From positions 1 to 64,000 of IMG/VR virus record IMGVR_UViG_3300025133_000072: DNA of 64,000 nucleotides; one strand, given 5' to 3'. Shown piece after piece: positions 18,413 through 27,509 of this stretch. Both the position numbers and the translations under genes were made by a program. Each line of letters begins with the position of its first letter. Positions within the stretch are counted from its first letter, which is position 1. This DNA comes from a virus. The notes beneath the pieces were generated by a model that was given only the letters and a program-made list of their open reading frames with translations, made no database searches and was not told the DNA's origin.

Positions 18413-18850
18413 TTACCCGTAAGTTAGGTGAGCATTGGGAGCAGGGGTATTCACAGGAGGAAAGAACCTGTCTGCTTTAGTTCGTAGATCTCGAACCCTG
18501 TATTTCGTGTAGATCTCTTCAGTGCCTTCATCACAGGCCACTTCCCCATTAAACAAAAGAACCCGATCCTCATCCACTAGAAAAGTCATATCGATCAGTG
18601 GATAAGAAAGCTGAGGGATCAATTTTCGGATAACCTCTATGGTCTTTCTTTGTTTTTGGATAGAGAGTCCTTTTTTCTTCAGCGCACAACAAAGGTCTAT
18701 TTGAAATAGATCAGTGAAGGTATACAATCTATACTTAGACTTCCTTCGATATGAAGGTTTGATGAAGTTAGTCTTGTCCCAATATTGGATCTGCCTGTAA
18801 GACAGGTTTGTGATCTTAGCTACCTCTTGTGGAACAAAAAATGATTTCAT
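18413..18850 (-). CDS. MerR-family HTH transcriptional regulator
   Basis: EVAKITNLSYRQIQYWDKTNFIKPS...YRLYTFTDL...LKKKGLSIQK. Confidence 0.9.
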   Translation of the reverse strand: MKSFFVPQEVAKITNLSYRQIQYWDKTNFIKPSYRRKSKYRLYTFTDLFQIDLCCALKKKGLSIQKQRKTIEVIRKLIPQLSYPLIDMTFLVDEDRVLLFNGEVACDEGTEEIYTKYRVRDLRTKADRFFPPVNTPAPNAHLTYG

Positions 18851-18882
18851 CTGGATTTCCTCTGGTTACAAAAAATTTACAT

Positions 18883-18922
18883 TTGACACGTTTATTGTAC
18901 TGGGCTATATTCAAACTGTCAA
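18883..18922. promoter_or_regulatory. overlapping divergent sigma70 promoters
   Basis: plus strand: TTGACA(18883)-17-TATATT; minus strand: TTGACA(18922-18917)-17-TACAAT. Confidence 0.75.
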
Positions 18923-18981
18923 ATCTTATACAGATTGATTTTATAAGAGATTACTTTTACTATTATAGAAAGGAATAAAAT

Positions 18982-19278
18982 ATGAGTGAGAACTGTCCCT
19001 CTTCGAAACTATCGGTTTTAGCCATGGACATAGACTTGTTTAAAAAGAGCTTGCCAACAGGCGTAAATCTACTGGAAGGTCTGAGAGAGGTTCGATTGGA
19101 AATTGAGCGCTTGAGAGGAATTGATCAAGCTAATGCTCCTGGAACTTTGGGCAAGGATCATAATCTTCGAGCTTTGGAAAAAAAGCTGGTTGAGATATTA
19201 AATTCTTTGACTCCGGTTCGACATGACCTGGATCGATTTTCTCAGATACTTGAACAGGAGGCGGTATCTCGACTGTAA
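18982..19278 (+). CDS. hypothetical coiled-coil protein
   Basis: AAGGA RBS; downstream of the divergent promoter. Confidence 0.65.
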   Translation: MSENCPSSKLSVLAMDIDLFKKSLPTGVNLLEGLREVRLEIERLRGIDQANAPGTLGKDHNLRALEKKLVEILNSLTPVRHDLDRFSQILEQEAVSRL

Positions 19279-19647
19279 TGCCCCTTAAAATGTGGGATAT
19301 CATTTTCCCTGTTCTGAATAGAAAGGTAAAAGCCCCTAAGATTTTAGAATTGCGCCGATACATTCTAGAGCAAGAAAGTGAAGTGGGAATGGACGAAGGC
19401 GGTCTTTTCTTTTCCTCCAACACATGTTCAAAAAGAGCATTTTGATTACTGTTCTGTGAATTTTGCGTGTTCTTTGAAATTTGCTAAGATCGTTCTACAA
19501 TCTGTTTCTTCTCAATCTGACATGCTTATGGTTCGCAGCTTTTATGCGGATCTGAGTAACTACCAAGTAACGCTAAAAGAATTTCAAAAATGGGGGGCGG
19601 ATCAAGAGGAAAGAAAAAAGCCCCTGGACCCTCCAGAGGCTTTATAG
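19278..19647 (+). pseudogene. probable frameshifted hypothetical gene
   Basis: TAATG-coupled start MPLKMWD...; coding appears to continue in the +1 frame (ORF 19378..19647). Confidence 0.35.
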
Positions 19648-19654
19648 GGTGGGT

Positions 19655-20044
19655 TTAGGACTTGGGAGGTTCTAAGCGCACCGAGTCCTCGAAAAACGAC
19701 TCATACGCTTCGTGAACATCTTCAGCAAATTTAGTGTTGCTCTCATTTAACAATGTTTTGATCTGAGGACTACTGATGGGAGTCCAACGAGCTTTGAAAG
19801 TTATCTCAAACTCTACCGGGAAATCCTTGCGGAGATCCCCGAGCCTATCCTGATCCCAGCCCATTTTCTCTTTAGATATGATGATCGCCTTGCCCGAACC
19901 TGTTTCTAGCGTTACGGAAGACTTGCCTTGGGGAACCGGATTTGATTTGATCAACTCGGCTTTAAGAGCTTTAAGCTCTTTAGTAAATTTTTCCGAGAGT
20001 CTTTTGAGCTTTAGCGCTCTTCTGATTTTGTCTTCTGTTTTCAT
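19655..20044 (-). CDS. hypothetical protein
   Basis: AAGGAG RBS and a TGTTATACT promoter cassette upstream. Confidence 0.75.
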   Translation of the reverse strand: MKTEDKIRRALKLKRLSEKFTKELKALKAELIKSNPVPQGKSSVTLETGSGKAIIISKEKMGWDQDRLGDLRKDFPVEFEITFKARWTPISSPQIKTLLNESNTKFAEDVHEAYESFFEDSVRLEPPKS

Positions 20045-20144
20045 GCTGCTCCTTTGTCTACCTACTCTTATAGTATAACACTTCTATAAGATCTTGTATA
20101 GTATTATAGTCTTTATTGAATATGGAACATGATATACTCTCTCT

Positions 20145-20561
20145 ATGCTAAGTAGAATATCAGATTATTTTCTCCAGGGTGTGTTTGTTGGTTTGGGTGC
20201 TTCAGTCGTGGCTTTTTTAAGTTGGTCAGCTTTGAGGCAGCATGAGATTGAAACCGGGATCTTGTTTCAAATGAAAATGGAATCGCAGGCTATAAAAATG
20301 ACCTTGGAACATGTGGCTCAGGATGCCGGACATTTAAAAGGGAGACTCCAGGTATTGGAAGATCGGGAAATTGATAAATTTGTTAAGAAGATTCAGGAGC
20401 CTGAGTCAGAGAACGGAAGTAGTCTAGTTCCTGACGAACCTTATTCTGAAGAGGTTCCAATTCACGAGCCTCTCGACTACCACAAGCAGTACATGGAACA
20501 GAGTCCAATGCAGCGACTAGAGATCCAACAGATGCGCCTTCCACGGAAGACATCCCCTTGA
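20145..20561 (+). CDS. hypothetical membrane-anchored protein
   Basis: N-terminal TM (FLQGVFVGLGASVVAFLSW), coiled coil; TGATATACT upstream. Confidence 0.6.
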   Translation: MLSRISDYFLQGVFVGLGASVVAFLSWSALRQHEIETGILFQMKMESQAIKMTLEHVAQDAGHLKGRLQVLEDREIDKFVKKIQEPESENGSSLVPDEPYSEEVPIHEPLDYHKQYMEQSPMQRLEIQQMRLPRKTSP

Positions 20562-20750
20562 GATCATAAACAAATTCAAGGGATCATAGGTTTTCGTCCT
20601 GTTATTGTTCTAAATGCCTGACAGATAAAATTTTCCCCAATAAACAGACCTCCAATAAAAGACTGATCAAGATCTCTGTATGCGCTTTCCATAGGCACTT
20701 GACCATGCCATTTTACGTATTCTCTGATTTCTTTATGGGGGTAATTGAAC

Positions 20751-21275
20751 TCAACGGTTATACGCATAGAAAGTCTCCTCTTCTCGCCTGCTGAAAGCAT
20801 CCACAATATACAGAGGAAAGGACCCATTTTTGAAAAAATGATCTATGTGCCTGCCCTGAACTATGCCGTATTCATTTCTTTTTCCGCATATATCTACCCA
20901 ATAGATTTCTTTGGATTCTATCTTGAATTGAATGGAAGGGGAATCCTGTTCAAAAGCATCCATCGTAGATTGAAATCGATTGCCCCATTCCGTGGATAGT
21001 TGAGGCTGAATATCATGCTCCAAATAAGCTTCACCCCATTTGGCTTGAGCATATCCCAAGCATTTTCTGATCCTCATGGCATAAGAACTGTCCATGATAT
21101 AGGTGTGTCTTTCCTCTTCCATAGTCCCCAAGCTTTTCAGATCCAGTACGCCTCTGATTAAGCCTTGTATACCAAGGAGAATATCTGCGTGGCGTGGAGA
21201 CCGTTTTTTCTTTCTGTCGAGTCGAGGAAAAATAGGCGTTACCAAAAGGACTTGAATGGATTCTTCTTCAATCAT
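20751..21275 (-). CDS. short diverged DUF3150-like paralog
   Basis: RLDRK, IRG...KSL, RIRK...AKW align by eye with 22234..23088. Confidence 0.5.
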   Translation of the reverse strand: MIEEESIQVLLVTPIFPRLDRKKKRSPRHADILLGIQGLIRGVLDLKSLGTMEEERHTYIMDSSYAMRIRKCLGYAQAKWGEAYLEHDIQPQLSTEWGNRFQSTMDAFEQDSPSIQFKIESKEIYWVDICGKRNEYGIVQGRHIDHFFKNGSFPLYIVDAFSRREEETFYAYNR

Positions 21276-21699
21276 CGATAGCCTTTGACATTATTTCCAG
21301 GTGTGTTTTCTTCTCCAGATCCTTCGGGAGCATAAGCACTTTTCTCAATCGGTGCATAGGGCTGTCGGGGTCTTCAAAAAGAGATTGGTATTCTTGATCA
21401 TATCTCTGAGCAATCTCCTGAAATTCGTTTTGGAGTGTGGACAGGATCTCTCGGAAGTCTTTCATAAGATCGATTTCGTAAATGATCCAGAACTCATTTC
21501 CATTATATCGCTTTGCTCGAATGCCGTGTTCCTTTTGAAATTCTTCCAGGGCATTTTCGATCTTAGCTCCAAAGCAATTCATCTCACTCCGGAGAACCCC
21601 CATTTCTGGAACCTTGTCCATTTGAGTTCGGAGCCTGTGATCATTAGAGGGCTCCCATATTTTGATGATTATGGTCGTTTTTAGATATTCTGTACCCAT
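21268..21699 (-). CDS. short diverged DUF3150-like paralog
   Basis: I.I.IW, DFRE...F....Y...Y, LPKDLEKK; AAGGA RBS before MGTEYLK. Confidence 0.55.
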   Translation of the reverse strand: MGTEYLKTTIIIKIWEPSNDHRLRTQMDKVPEMGVLRSEMNCFGAKIENALEEFQKEHGIRAKRYNGNEFWIIYEIDLMKDFREILSTLQNEFQEIAQRYDQEYQSLFEDPDSPMHRLRKVLMLPKDLEKKTHLEIMSKAIDD

Positions 21700-21712
21700 G
21701 CCTATCCTTTGC

Positions 21713-22156
21713 TTAAGTCCATTTAGGCTCTTCAAAATGATGGGGGTCGGGTGCTTCTAGTGCCTCATCCGTTAATTCGATTTCGATGGTAAGGACGAAT
21801 AGACTATCCAAAGTCTCTTTGAATTCAGGTCCATTACCTCCGTATTTTGTAGCCATTTCCTCTTTTGTTTTTTCCCAGGAGGTTTTGACTTTTTCAATAT
21901 GCTTTCTAAAATCCAGGGCCTCTGATCCCGGAACCAAATAAGTGGTCCAACGATCCGAGCCGAATGGAGCATGTTCTGAATTCCTTTTTACTAAAACCCA
22001 ACCCCTTACTTCATGAGCAGTTGCCAGGAGATCGAATAATGTGTTTATGCAGTCGAAACTCTCTCCTCCTATATTCAGAGATTTTCCAAACACTGAATTT
22101 TTTCTTGTTTCCCATTCTTCTACGTGGGAATAGATTCTGACTTTTAGATTTTTCAT
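21713..22156 (-). CDS. short diverged DUF3150-like paralog
   Basis: VRG...APF...YLVP...DFRK..E..K..W...Y; GAAGGAGG RBS. Confidence 0.6.
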   Translation of the reverse strand: MKNLKVRIYSHVEEWETRKNSVFGKSLNIGGESFDCINTLFDLLATAHEVRGWVLVKRNSEHAPFGSDRWTTYLVPGSEALDFRKHIEKVKTSWEKTKEEMATKYGGNGPEFKETLDSLFVLTIEIELTDEALEAPDPHHFEEPKWT

Positions 22157-22233
22157 TTAAAAAAACCTCCTTCCTACAGGTATATCCAGAGCCTCCTTTT
22201 TTCAGAAGCCCTGGATAGTTACTTGTCCTTGAA

Positions 22234-23088
22234 TTAGAATCCAAGGGAATTGATATTCCCCAGGATGTCGTTGGCGATCTCGGCGGTACTCTTGCGCTTC
22301 TTTTCATCTTCCCTGAGTTCTTCCGGAGAGTATTTCGAGACTTCCGATAGGCGCTTGCCCAGTTCCTCGATGTTCTCATCATCCGAAATATTCAACCCTG
22401 GAAGAATTCCAAGAAGTTCTGAGATGTTATTGATCAAGCTGTTTTTGAAGATCTTGGGCTTGCCCTCTTCACGATCCTCAGCCAGCCTGTCTGTAACCGA
22501 ATGAGCCACTTTCTTGATCCTGTTATACAGATCTCTCAAAGTATCCTCTTCCGTAGACTTAATGGATTCTGCGACTGACTTACGGATCTCTTCCATGTCC
22601 TCATCGTCTAGTCCTGCAATCCTGAAATCCGAGCTATCCGGAACCGGATAAGCCTTGACATCAAAAGCGAACTTGTCGGAAATCTCAGCCGGGAATTCGT
22701 TGATGTCATACAGATCTCCCAGACGCTCTCTGGCCTCTTCACGAGCTACGTCATAGTTCGCAACGAGCCTAGCAACAGCATCATTCCACTTGCCATGATA
22801 CTCAGCTTCCTTCTTGCGGAAGTCCGAGAAAAGCTTGATGGGAAGGACCCTGGAGCCTGTATCGCACCAAGGCAGCGTCATTTCATAAAACATCCCACGG
22901 ATCTCTCCTGCTAGGGATTCGACCTCTTTGAGATGCTCTTTGGAAATCAGGCGCTTGTTGTAGCGACCAGCATCCTTAGCAGCCCCATTGTTTTCGTGTA
23001 CTTCTTTGGTCGCTTTGCGATCCAGCTTACGAGCAGTCCACCTTGAAATGCTCAGATTTACTAAAATGGATTTAGTGTGTAACCCCAT
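22234..23088 (-). CDS. DUF3150-like conserved phage protein (full length)
   Basis: ILVNLSISRWTARKLDRKAT...TLPW.D.G.R.LP...PVP...DFR...LN..DD...LRED...R; GGAGG RBS. Confidence 0.7.
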   Translation of the reverse strand: MGLHTKSILVNLSISRWTARKLDRKATKEVHENNGAAKDAGRYNKRLISKEHLKEVESLAGEIRGMFYEMTLPWCDTGSRVLPIKLFSDFRKKEAEYHGKWNDAVARLVANYDVAREEARERLGDLYDINEFPAEISDKFAFDVKAYPVPDSSDFRIAGLDDEDMEEIRKSVAESIKSTEEDTLRDLYNRIKKVAHSVTDRLAEDREEGKPKIFKNSLINNISELLGILPGLNISDDENIEELGKRLSEVSKYSPEELREDEKKRKSTAEIANDILGNINSLGF

Positions 23089-23173
23089 CTCCAACCTCCA
23101 GTTAGTTTATACTTTGTTTCCCACTCTTTTAGTATAACACCTTTCTATTAGAAAGTACATGTTGTTTTAGTTT

Positions 23174-23404
23174 TTATCCCTCTTCCTCTTCCAATTCATC
23201 CTCTAAAAGCTCAATCCACTCTCGAAAGTTGATGAGATCATGCTCAAACGAGAGCCAATCCACATCGGTCATCAAAGAAATTGCATCCACTTCCCCTTTG
23301 AAGGATTCAAGAGCTAGACGCTTTGTTTCCGGGGATGTAGCCACTCTAGCCAGATAATTGGCTTTGGCCTTCTCTAATCTTTCTGCTGGATTTAATCGTG
23401 TCAT
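23174..23404 (-). CDS. hypothetical protein
   Basis: GAGGAGG RBS; 76 aa. Confidence 0.7.
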   Translation of the reverse strand: MTRLNPAERLEKAKANYLARVATSPETKRLALESFKGEVDAISLMTDVDWLSFEHDLINFREWIELLEDELEEEEG

Positions 23405-23416
23405 CTCAAAACCTCC

Positions 23417-23733
23417 TCAAACATCTTCCATGTAAATTGATTTTCTAGCCCTTGCCCACTCAGGGATATATCCAAAGGAATGATAAAAATCTTCGATTTC
23501 GTATCCTTCTGCTGGAGTGATAGTTCCCCTTTGTATCCCATCTGCAACATGGAGAAAAATAAAAGCCCCATGTCCTTTGGGATTCCCGTCCTTGTCTTTT
23601 CTATATGAATGAAAACGATAGGTCATTTCCAGTGTCTCCTTTGAAAGGGAGTCATGGATATATGGAGGGAGTCCTCTGCGAATTGCCTTTAATGCGTGAT
23701 CGTTGAACAATGACGCATGTGATCTCGTATACC
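23417..23733 (-). CDS. hypothetical protein (start near MGYTRSHA, approximate)
   Basis: AGGAGG RBS inside ORF 23417..23785 precedes MGY. Confidence 0.55.
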
Positions 23734-23747
23734 CCATTTCTAACCTC

Positions 23748-23954
23748 CTAAGTCCATTTAACAGTAAAGTTTTTTGTTCCCACATTTAAGATCATTCCAC
23801 GACGATTTGCTATACTCTTCATAATGTTGATAGCTTTGGTAAATTCGTTTGCATCATCGTTAAGCGCATTCAAAACTAAATCTTTAGGAACCTTGTGATT
23901 AGTTTTGTAAAGATCACCCATAGCCATGTGAGCTATAATTGATGTGTTTTCCAT
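23748..23954 (-). CDS. hypothetical protein
   Basis: AAGGAGG RBS within the repeated promoter cassette. Confidence 0.7.
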   Translation of the reverse strand: MENTSIIAHMAMGDLYKTNHKVPKDLVLNALNDDANEFTKAINIMKSIANRRGMILNVGTKNFTVKWT

Positions 23955-24030
23955 CTTGAACCTCCTTAGTTCTTATCTTCTTCCCACCTACATATATATT
24001 ATAACAGGTTTATATAAGAATAGCAAAGAT
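23952..24030 (-). promoter_or_regulatory. promoter-RBS cassette, inverted homolog of the copies at 31635 and 32027
   Basis: reverse complement reads TTCTAATAC...TTGCTA-17-TATAATATATATGTAGGTGGGAAGAAGATAAGAACTAAGGAGGTTCAAGATG. Confidence 0.85.
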
Positions 24031-24109
24031 GTATTAGAATCGAACAAGTCTCTTATAAAACAAGAACCCCCGGACTTTCCAGGGGCCTTGTTGTTAAGGA
24101 AGTTCGACT

Positions 24110-25138
24110 TTAGAAGTCATCGCCGTCGGAACTCATGTCCTTGGCAATCCAGTCTAAGAAAACCTTATTCTCAAGAGCTTCGGGATCACGTCCGTTGACG
24201 ATCTCTACCATGAGACTAATGAACTCGCCATTGTCTCTCAGGTACTTAATCGCATTTCCGATAGTAACCTTATTTACTTTCATGGCGATTGCTGCGGTTA
24301 CGGCATACCTTGCACAGAGCTTGTCTGGCAGATTGATCGTGGTTGGATCATCTGCGGTAAGGATGTCATCCAAATTTGGAATCTGAGTGTAGTAATCCTC
24401 AAAGCTCTTCAGAGCTGTCGCAGCCTCTTCCCCCACTGCTCCAGAAGTCGTTTCGTAATTGGCAATCTTCATTTTGCGAAGATTAGAAACAAACTCCCAG
24501 GAACGAGGCGTTGGAAATCCTCTTTCGCAGGGCTTCTTAGGTGGATCAAGAAGCTTGTCAGCCGAGAAGTTCAGGAATGCGATGATTGTAGGATCAATGG
24601 CATTCTTTGCAGCCCACTTAGTCCAATCAGCAATCGCCACGTCAAATTCCAGGTGTGTGAAACGATTAGCCAGAGGAGCTGGGAGTCGGTTTGTTACTCC
24701 ACGATCTTCGGCCCTGTTTCCTGCTGCTACGATGATCCAGCCTGGAGGAAGGGTATAGGAACCGACTTTCCTATCCAAGACCAACTGATAAGCTGCTGCC
24801 ATTACGCTGGGAGGGGCTGCGTTAATCTCGTCCAGGAAAAGAATCCCTTTGTCCCCGTGTGTATCCAGGTGAGGGAGAATGGGGGATTCGGAAAAGCTTG
24901 TTCGATTGCTGGACTTATCCACAACTGGGATTCCCCTCATATCCACAGGATCGATCTGAGAAAGCCTCAGATCCTCGAAACTGATTCCCAGATCATCGGC
25001 TACCTTCTTAACCACCGAACTTTTTCCTACTCCCATGGCTCCCCACAAAAAGACGGGGATATGCACAAGATCTTTAGGATTGTTCAGGTTGTGGCCTATA
25101 AGAGCCTTTAAGAATTTTTCTGTTTCCATCGGTGTCAT
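24110..25138 (-). CDS. MoxR/dynein-related AAA+ ATPase
   Basis: Walker A GAMGVGKS, Walker B ILFLDEIN, IVAAGNR, LANRF, TPRSWE; GAGGAGG RBS before MTPME. Confidence 0.9.
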   Translation of the reverse strand: MTPMETEKFLKALIGHNLNNPKDLVHIPVFLWGAMGVGKSSVVKKVADDLGISFEDLRLSQIDPVDMRGIPVVDKSSNRTSFSESPILPHLDTHGDKGILFLDEINAAPPSVMAAAYQLVLDRKVGSYTLPPGWIIVAAGNRAEDRGVTNRLPAPLANRFTHLEFDVAIADWTKWAAKNAIDPTIIAFLNFSADKLLDPPKKPCERGFPTPRSWEFVSNLRKMKIANYETTSGAVGEEAATALKSFEDYYTQIPNLDDILTADDPTTINLPDKLCARYAVTAAIAMKVNKVTIGNAIKYLRDNGEFISLMVEIVNGRDPEALENKVFLDWIAKDMSSDGDDF

Positions 25139-25276
25139 GTTGAACCTCCTCATTTGGTTGTGTTTTCCTGACCTACTCTCTTAGTATAACCCACGGCTAA
25201 AAGCTCTGTCAATCATTTTTATTCTTTGCAAACTCTCTTATAAACCCCTATAATATAGAGAAGGAGGTTTGACAAC

Positions 25277-25762
25277 ATGAGTGGAATTTTAGTTAGAGTA
25301 TCATACTGTGGGACTGCCAAAATTCTCCACTTTCTTAAAGAGCTTACTTATAACACCAGCCCTTTAAGAATACATAAGAAGAAAGCCATAGACTCTAGAG
25401 GGATAAAAGAGGTTGAACAGGCTTTGAATTTTCTGTGGAATCGGTATCGAAGGAACCTGCCGTTTAAAGGGTCTTCTTGCTCTAATAACAGAGCATTGGT
25501 CTTTTGGTTAAAAGCGGGAGCTATTGATTTCAGAAAGACTTTGGAAGTGTTCAAAGCCGACTGGAAAAAAGATGTTATCAATGTTCTGAGAGATCATCTT
25601 CCTTTCAATGTGTCTGAAGTAAAAGAAAGCATAGAGGAGTTTATGGACGAGTCCCTTAATATACAAGTGGACTCATCTTACCTGGATTACAAACCAAGTC
25701 TAGGGGGAATGCTCAGTAAAACATCTTTTGATATTGAGGTGGGAAATGAAAATTCACCTTAA
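25277..25762 (+). CDS. short diverged DUF3150-like paralog
   Basis: ILVRVS..TAK, KK.I....IKEVE, LPF, DFRK..E....W match 22234..23088. Confidence 0.65.
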   Translation: MSGILVRVSYCGTAKILHFLKELTYNTSPLRIHKKKAIDSRGIKEVEQALNFLWNRYRRNLPFKGSSCSNNRALVFWLKAGAIDFRKTLEVFKADWKKDVINVLRDHLPFNVSEVKESIEEFMDESLNIQVDSSYLDYKPSLGGMLSKTSFDIEVGNENSP

Positions 25763-26159
25763 AACCAGATACTCTGATCTCTATAATCTCCTCTTGTCTC
25801 ATAAAACAAGAGCCCAGAAAAAAGGTCCTGGCTTCTGGCCTGTTGTAAATTTTTATGAGAGCATGATCCATGCCTTGTATTTTTTTAATAGGCCCCTTGA
25901 AGGAATTCATAGAGCGCTGGGCTCGAAAAGTCTCTTATGTTTGACAGGTGGGTACGTGGTTGCTCCTTCGGAAATTTTGTCTGTTAGAAGAAGCTTAGAA
26001 TCCGCTAAACAAGGATGGGTGGAAACTAGGATTACCTACGTGTCTGAATACTCTCGATGGGTGGCTGGTATGCATTCTCGTTTCCCTCAGATTTCTTTTC
26101 CGTCCCCGGCATTAATTGAATCTTTTTTAGATCTATCTTACGGAGTTGAAGATGATTAA
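25746..26159 (+). CDS. short diverged DUF3150-like paralog
   Basis: KSL...GYVVAP...R..LE.AK..W.....Y..EY...FPSP; GAGGTG RBS. Confidence 0.55.
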   Translation: MKIHLKTRYSDLYNLLLSHKTRAQKKGPGFWPVVNFYESMIHALYFFNRPLEGIHRALGSKSLLCLTGGYVVAPSEILSVRRSLESAKQGWVETRITYVSEYSRWVAGMHSRFPQISFPSPALIESFLDLSYGVEDD

Positions 26160-26609
26160 CGAGCCTGGAATATTAAACCGAGACGAGCCTGTTTTGAGAT
26201 ATGCATTGAAGACTCTATCCGATGTTCAAGGAGCCTTAGATATGGTGCCTGCATATGTTTTGATTAAATAGAAGGACGACAGGACTACTCCAGGTCAATA
26301 GGATTCCATAGAAAAATTCTCTATCTTTTAGAAGACAAACTTCCTCATTGTATTTTTGACAAGTTTGTTCAAGGGTCTGATCTGCTTTTGTTAAGGAGGC
26401 ATTTAACTGTTCAAAAAGGTATATGGAATGAAGCTGTAGCAGAACTCTTGGATCATTTGGATTATGGGGAAACTCATGATTTCATTCGAAGAGGATTTCC
26501 GATAGAAGAGTTCAAAAATAATTTGAAGGTAAAACATATCCTATTCAAATGGGATGAGGAGACAGACAGATGGGTGAACGAAGAAAAGAAGCAGGAGAAG
26601 GGGACATGA
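26152..26609 (+). pseudogene. DUF3150-like paralog with a 1-nt frameshift at ~26268
   Basis: MINEPG...VLIK* continues in the -1 frame as IEGRQDY...KLPHC...GIWNEAVAELL...FPIEEFK (compare TLPWC, GKWNDAVARLV, FPAEISD). Confidence 0.6.
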
Positions 26610-27034
26610 ATAATTTTCCCGTTCTAGAATATGAAACCAAACGAACCGAAGTAGTCGGATGGAAAAGGCTTGTACGAAGAGCCCACAAAGCTCAACTTGA
26701 ATCAGAAGCAGATGTTAAGTTAGCTATGTCCCCTTATGACATGTTTGAACTTCTTACATATGAACAGAAGTTAAGAGGAATCCTTGTTCAAGTCTCTTGC
26801 CTGGAATTTACTAATGAGAAATTTACTTTTAGTTTCTACGGAATAAGTCCTTCTTCGGTACTTCAAATCAGAAACGAATTGGAATTGTTCAGTCAAAAAT
26901 GGGATGAGGCTTTGAATCGGATTCTTTCTGTTTATGAAAGGCAATGGGAAGGTGGTTTGAAAAGACCTTATCTTCCACCACCAGAAGAATTAAAAGAGCG
27001 CTGGAGATTCCGAATTAAGGAGAAATCCGAATGA
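26606..27034 (+). CDS. short diverged DUF3150-like paralog
   Basis: KLRG, R..LE...KWDEALNR...Y, LPPPEELKERWRF. Confidence 0.6.
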   Translation: MNNFPVLEYETKRTEVVGWKRLVRRAHKAQLESEADVKLAMSPYDMFELLTYEQKLRGILVQVSCLEFTNEKFTFSFYGISPSSVLQIRNELELFSQKWDEALNRILSVYERQWEGGLKRPYLPPPEELKERWRFRIKEKSE

Positions 27035-27411
27035 TGCGCCTCATTGTAAAGTGTAAATGGAATTCTTTTCATGAGCATCTCCAAGGACTTAACACCCTGT
27101 TTCTTGTAGATAGGGACCCTCGTTTTACAAAGCCTTTTAACACTGTGTGGATGAAAAATATAGTTGGGATTATCGCTCCTATAGGGGACATAGCACACAA
27201 CACAAACACAGCACTCAGCCACGTAGATTCCATCGTAGAGATAAGAAAGATATGGACTAAATCCCAATTGCTATGGGAAGAGGAATCTAGGCTCGTTCTT
27301 CAGAAATGGGAGAATGTTTTGGTGTATCAAAAACAGGTTGAGATTTTCAATCTTGCCGATTCCAAACAAGTAATCGAATGGCTGCATAGGAGTCATGAAC
27401 TCAATTTATAA
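27031..27411 (+). CDS. hypothetical protein, possible further DUF3150-like paralog
   Basis: AAGGAG RBS; weak EIRK.W....LW pattern. Confidence 0.5.
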   Translation: MMRLIVKCKWNSFHEHLQGLNTLFLVDRDPRFTKPFNTVWMKNIVGIIAPIGDIAHNTNTALSHVDSIVEIRKIWTKSQLLWEEESRLVLQKWENVLVYQKQVEIFNLADSKQVIEWLHRSHELNL

Positions 27412-27509
27412 ATTTATTCTGTCTGTTTCTAAGACAAAGTAGACACTCTATTATAGACATGCTATACTAAAAGAGTGGGGTAAGAAGTAAGAGACTCAAG
27501 GAGGTTTGA

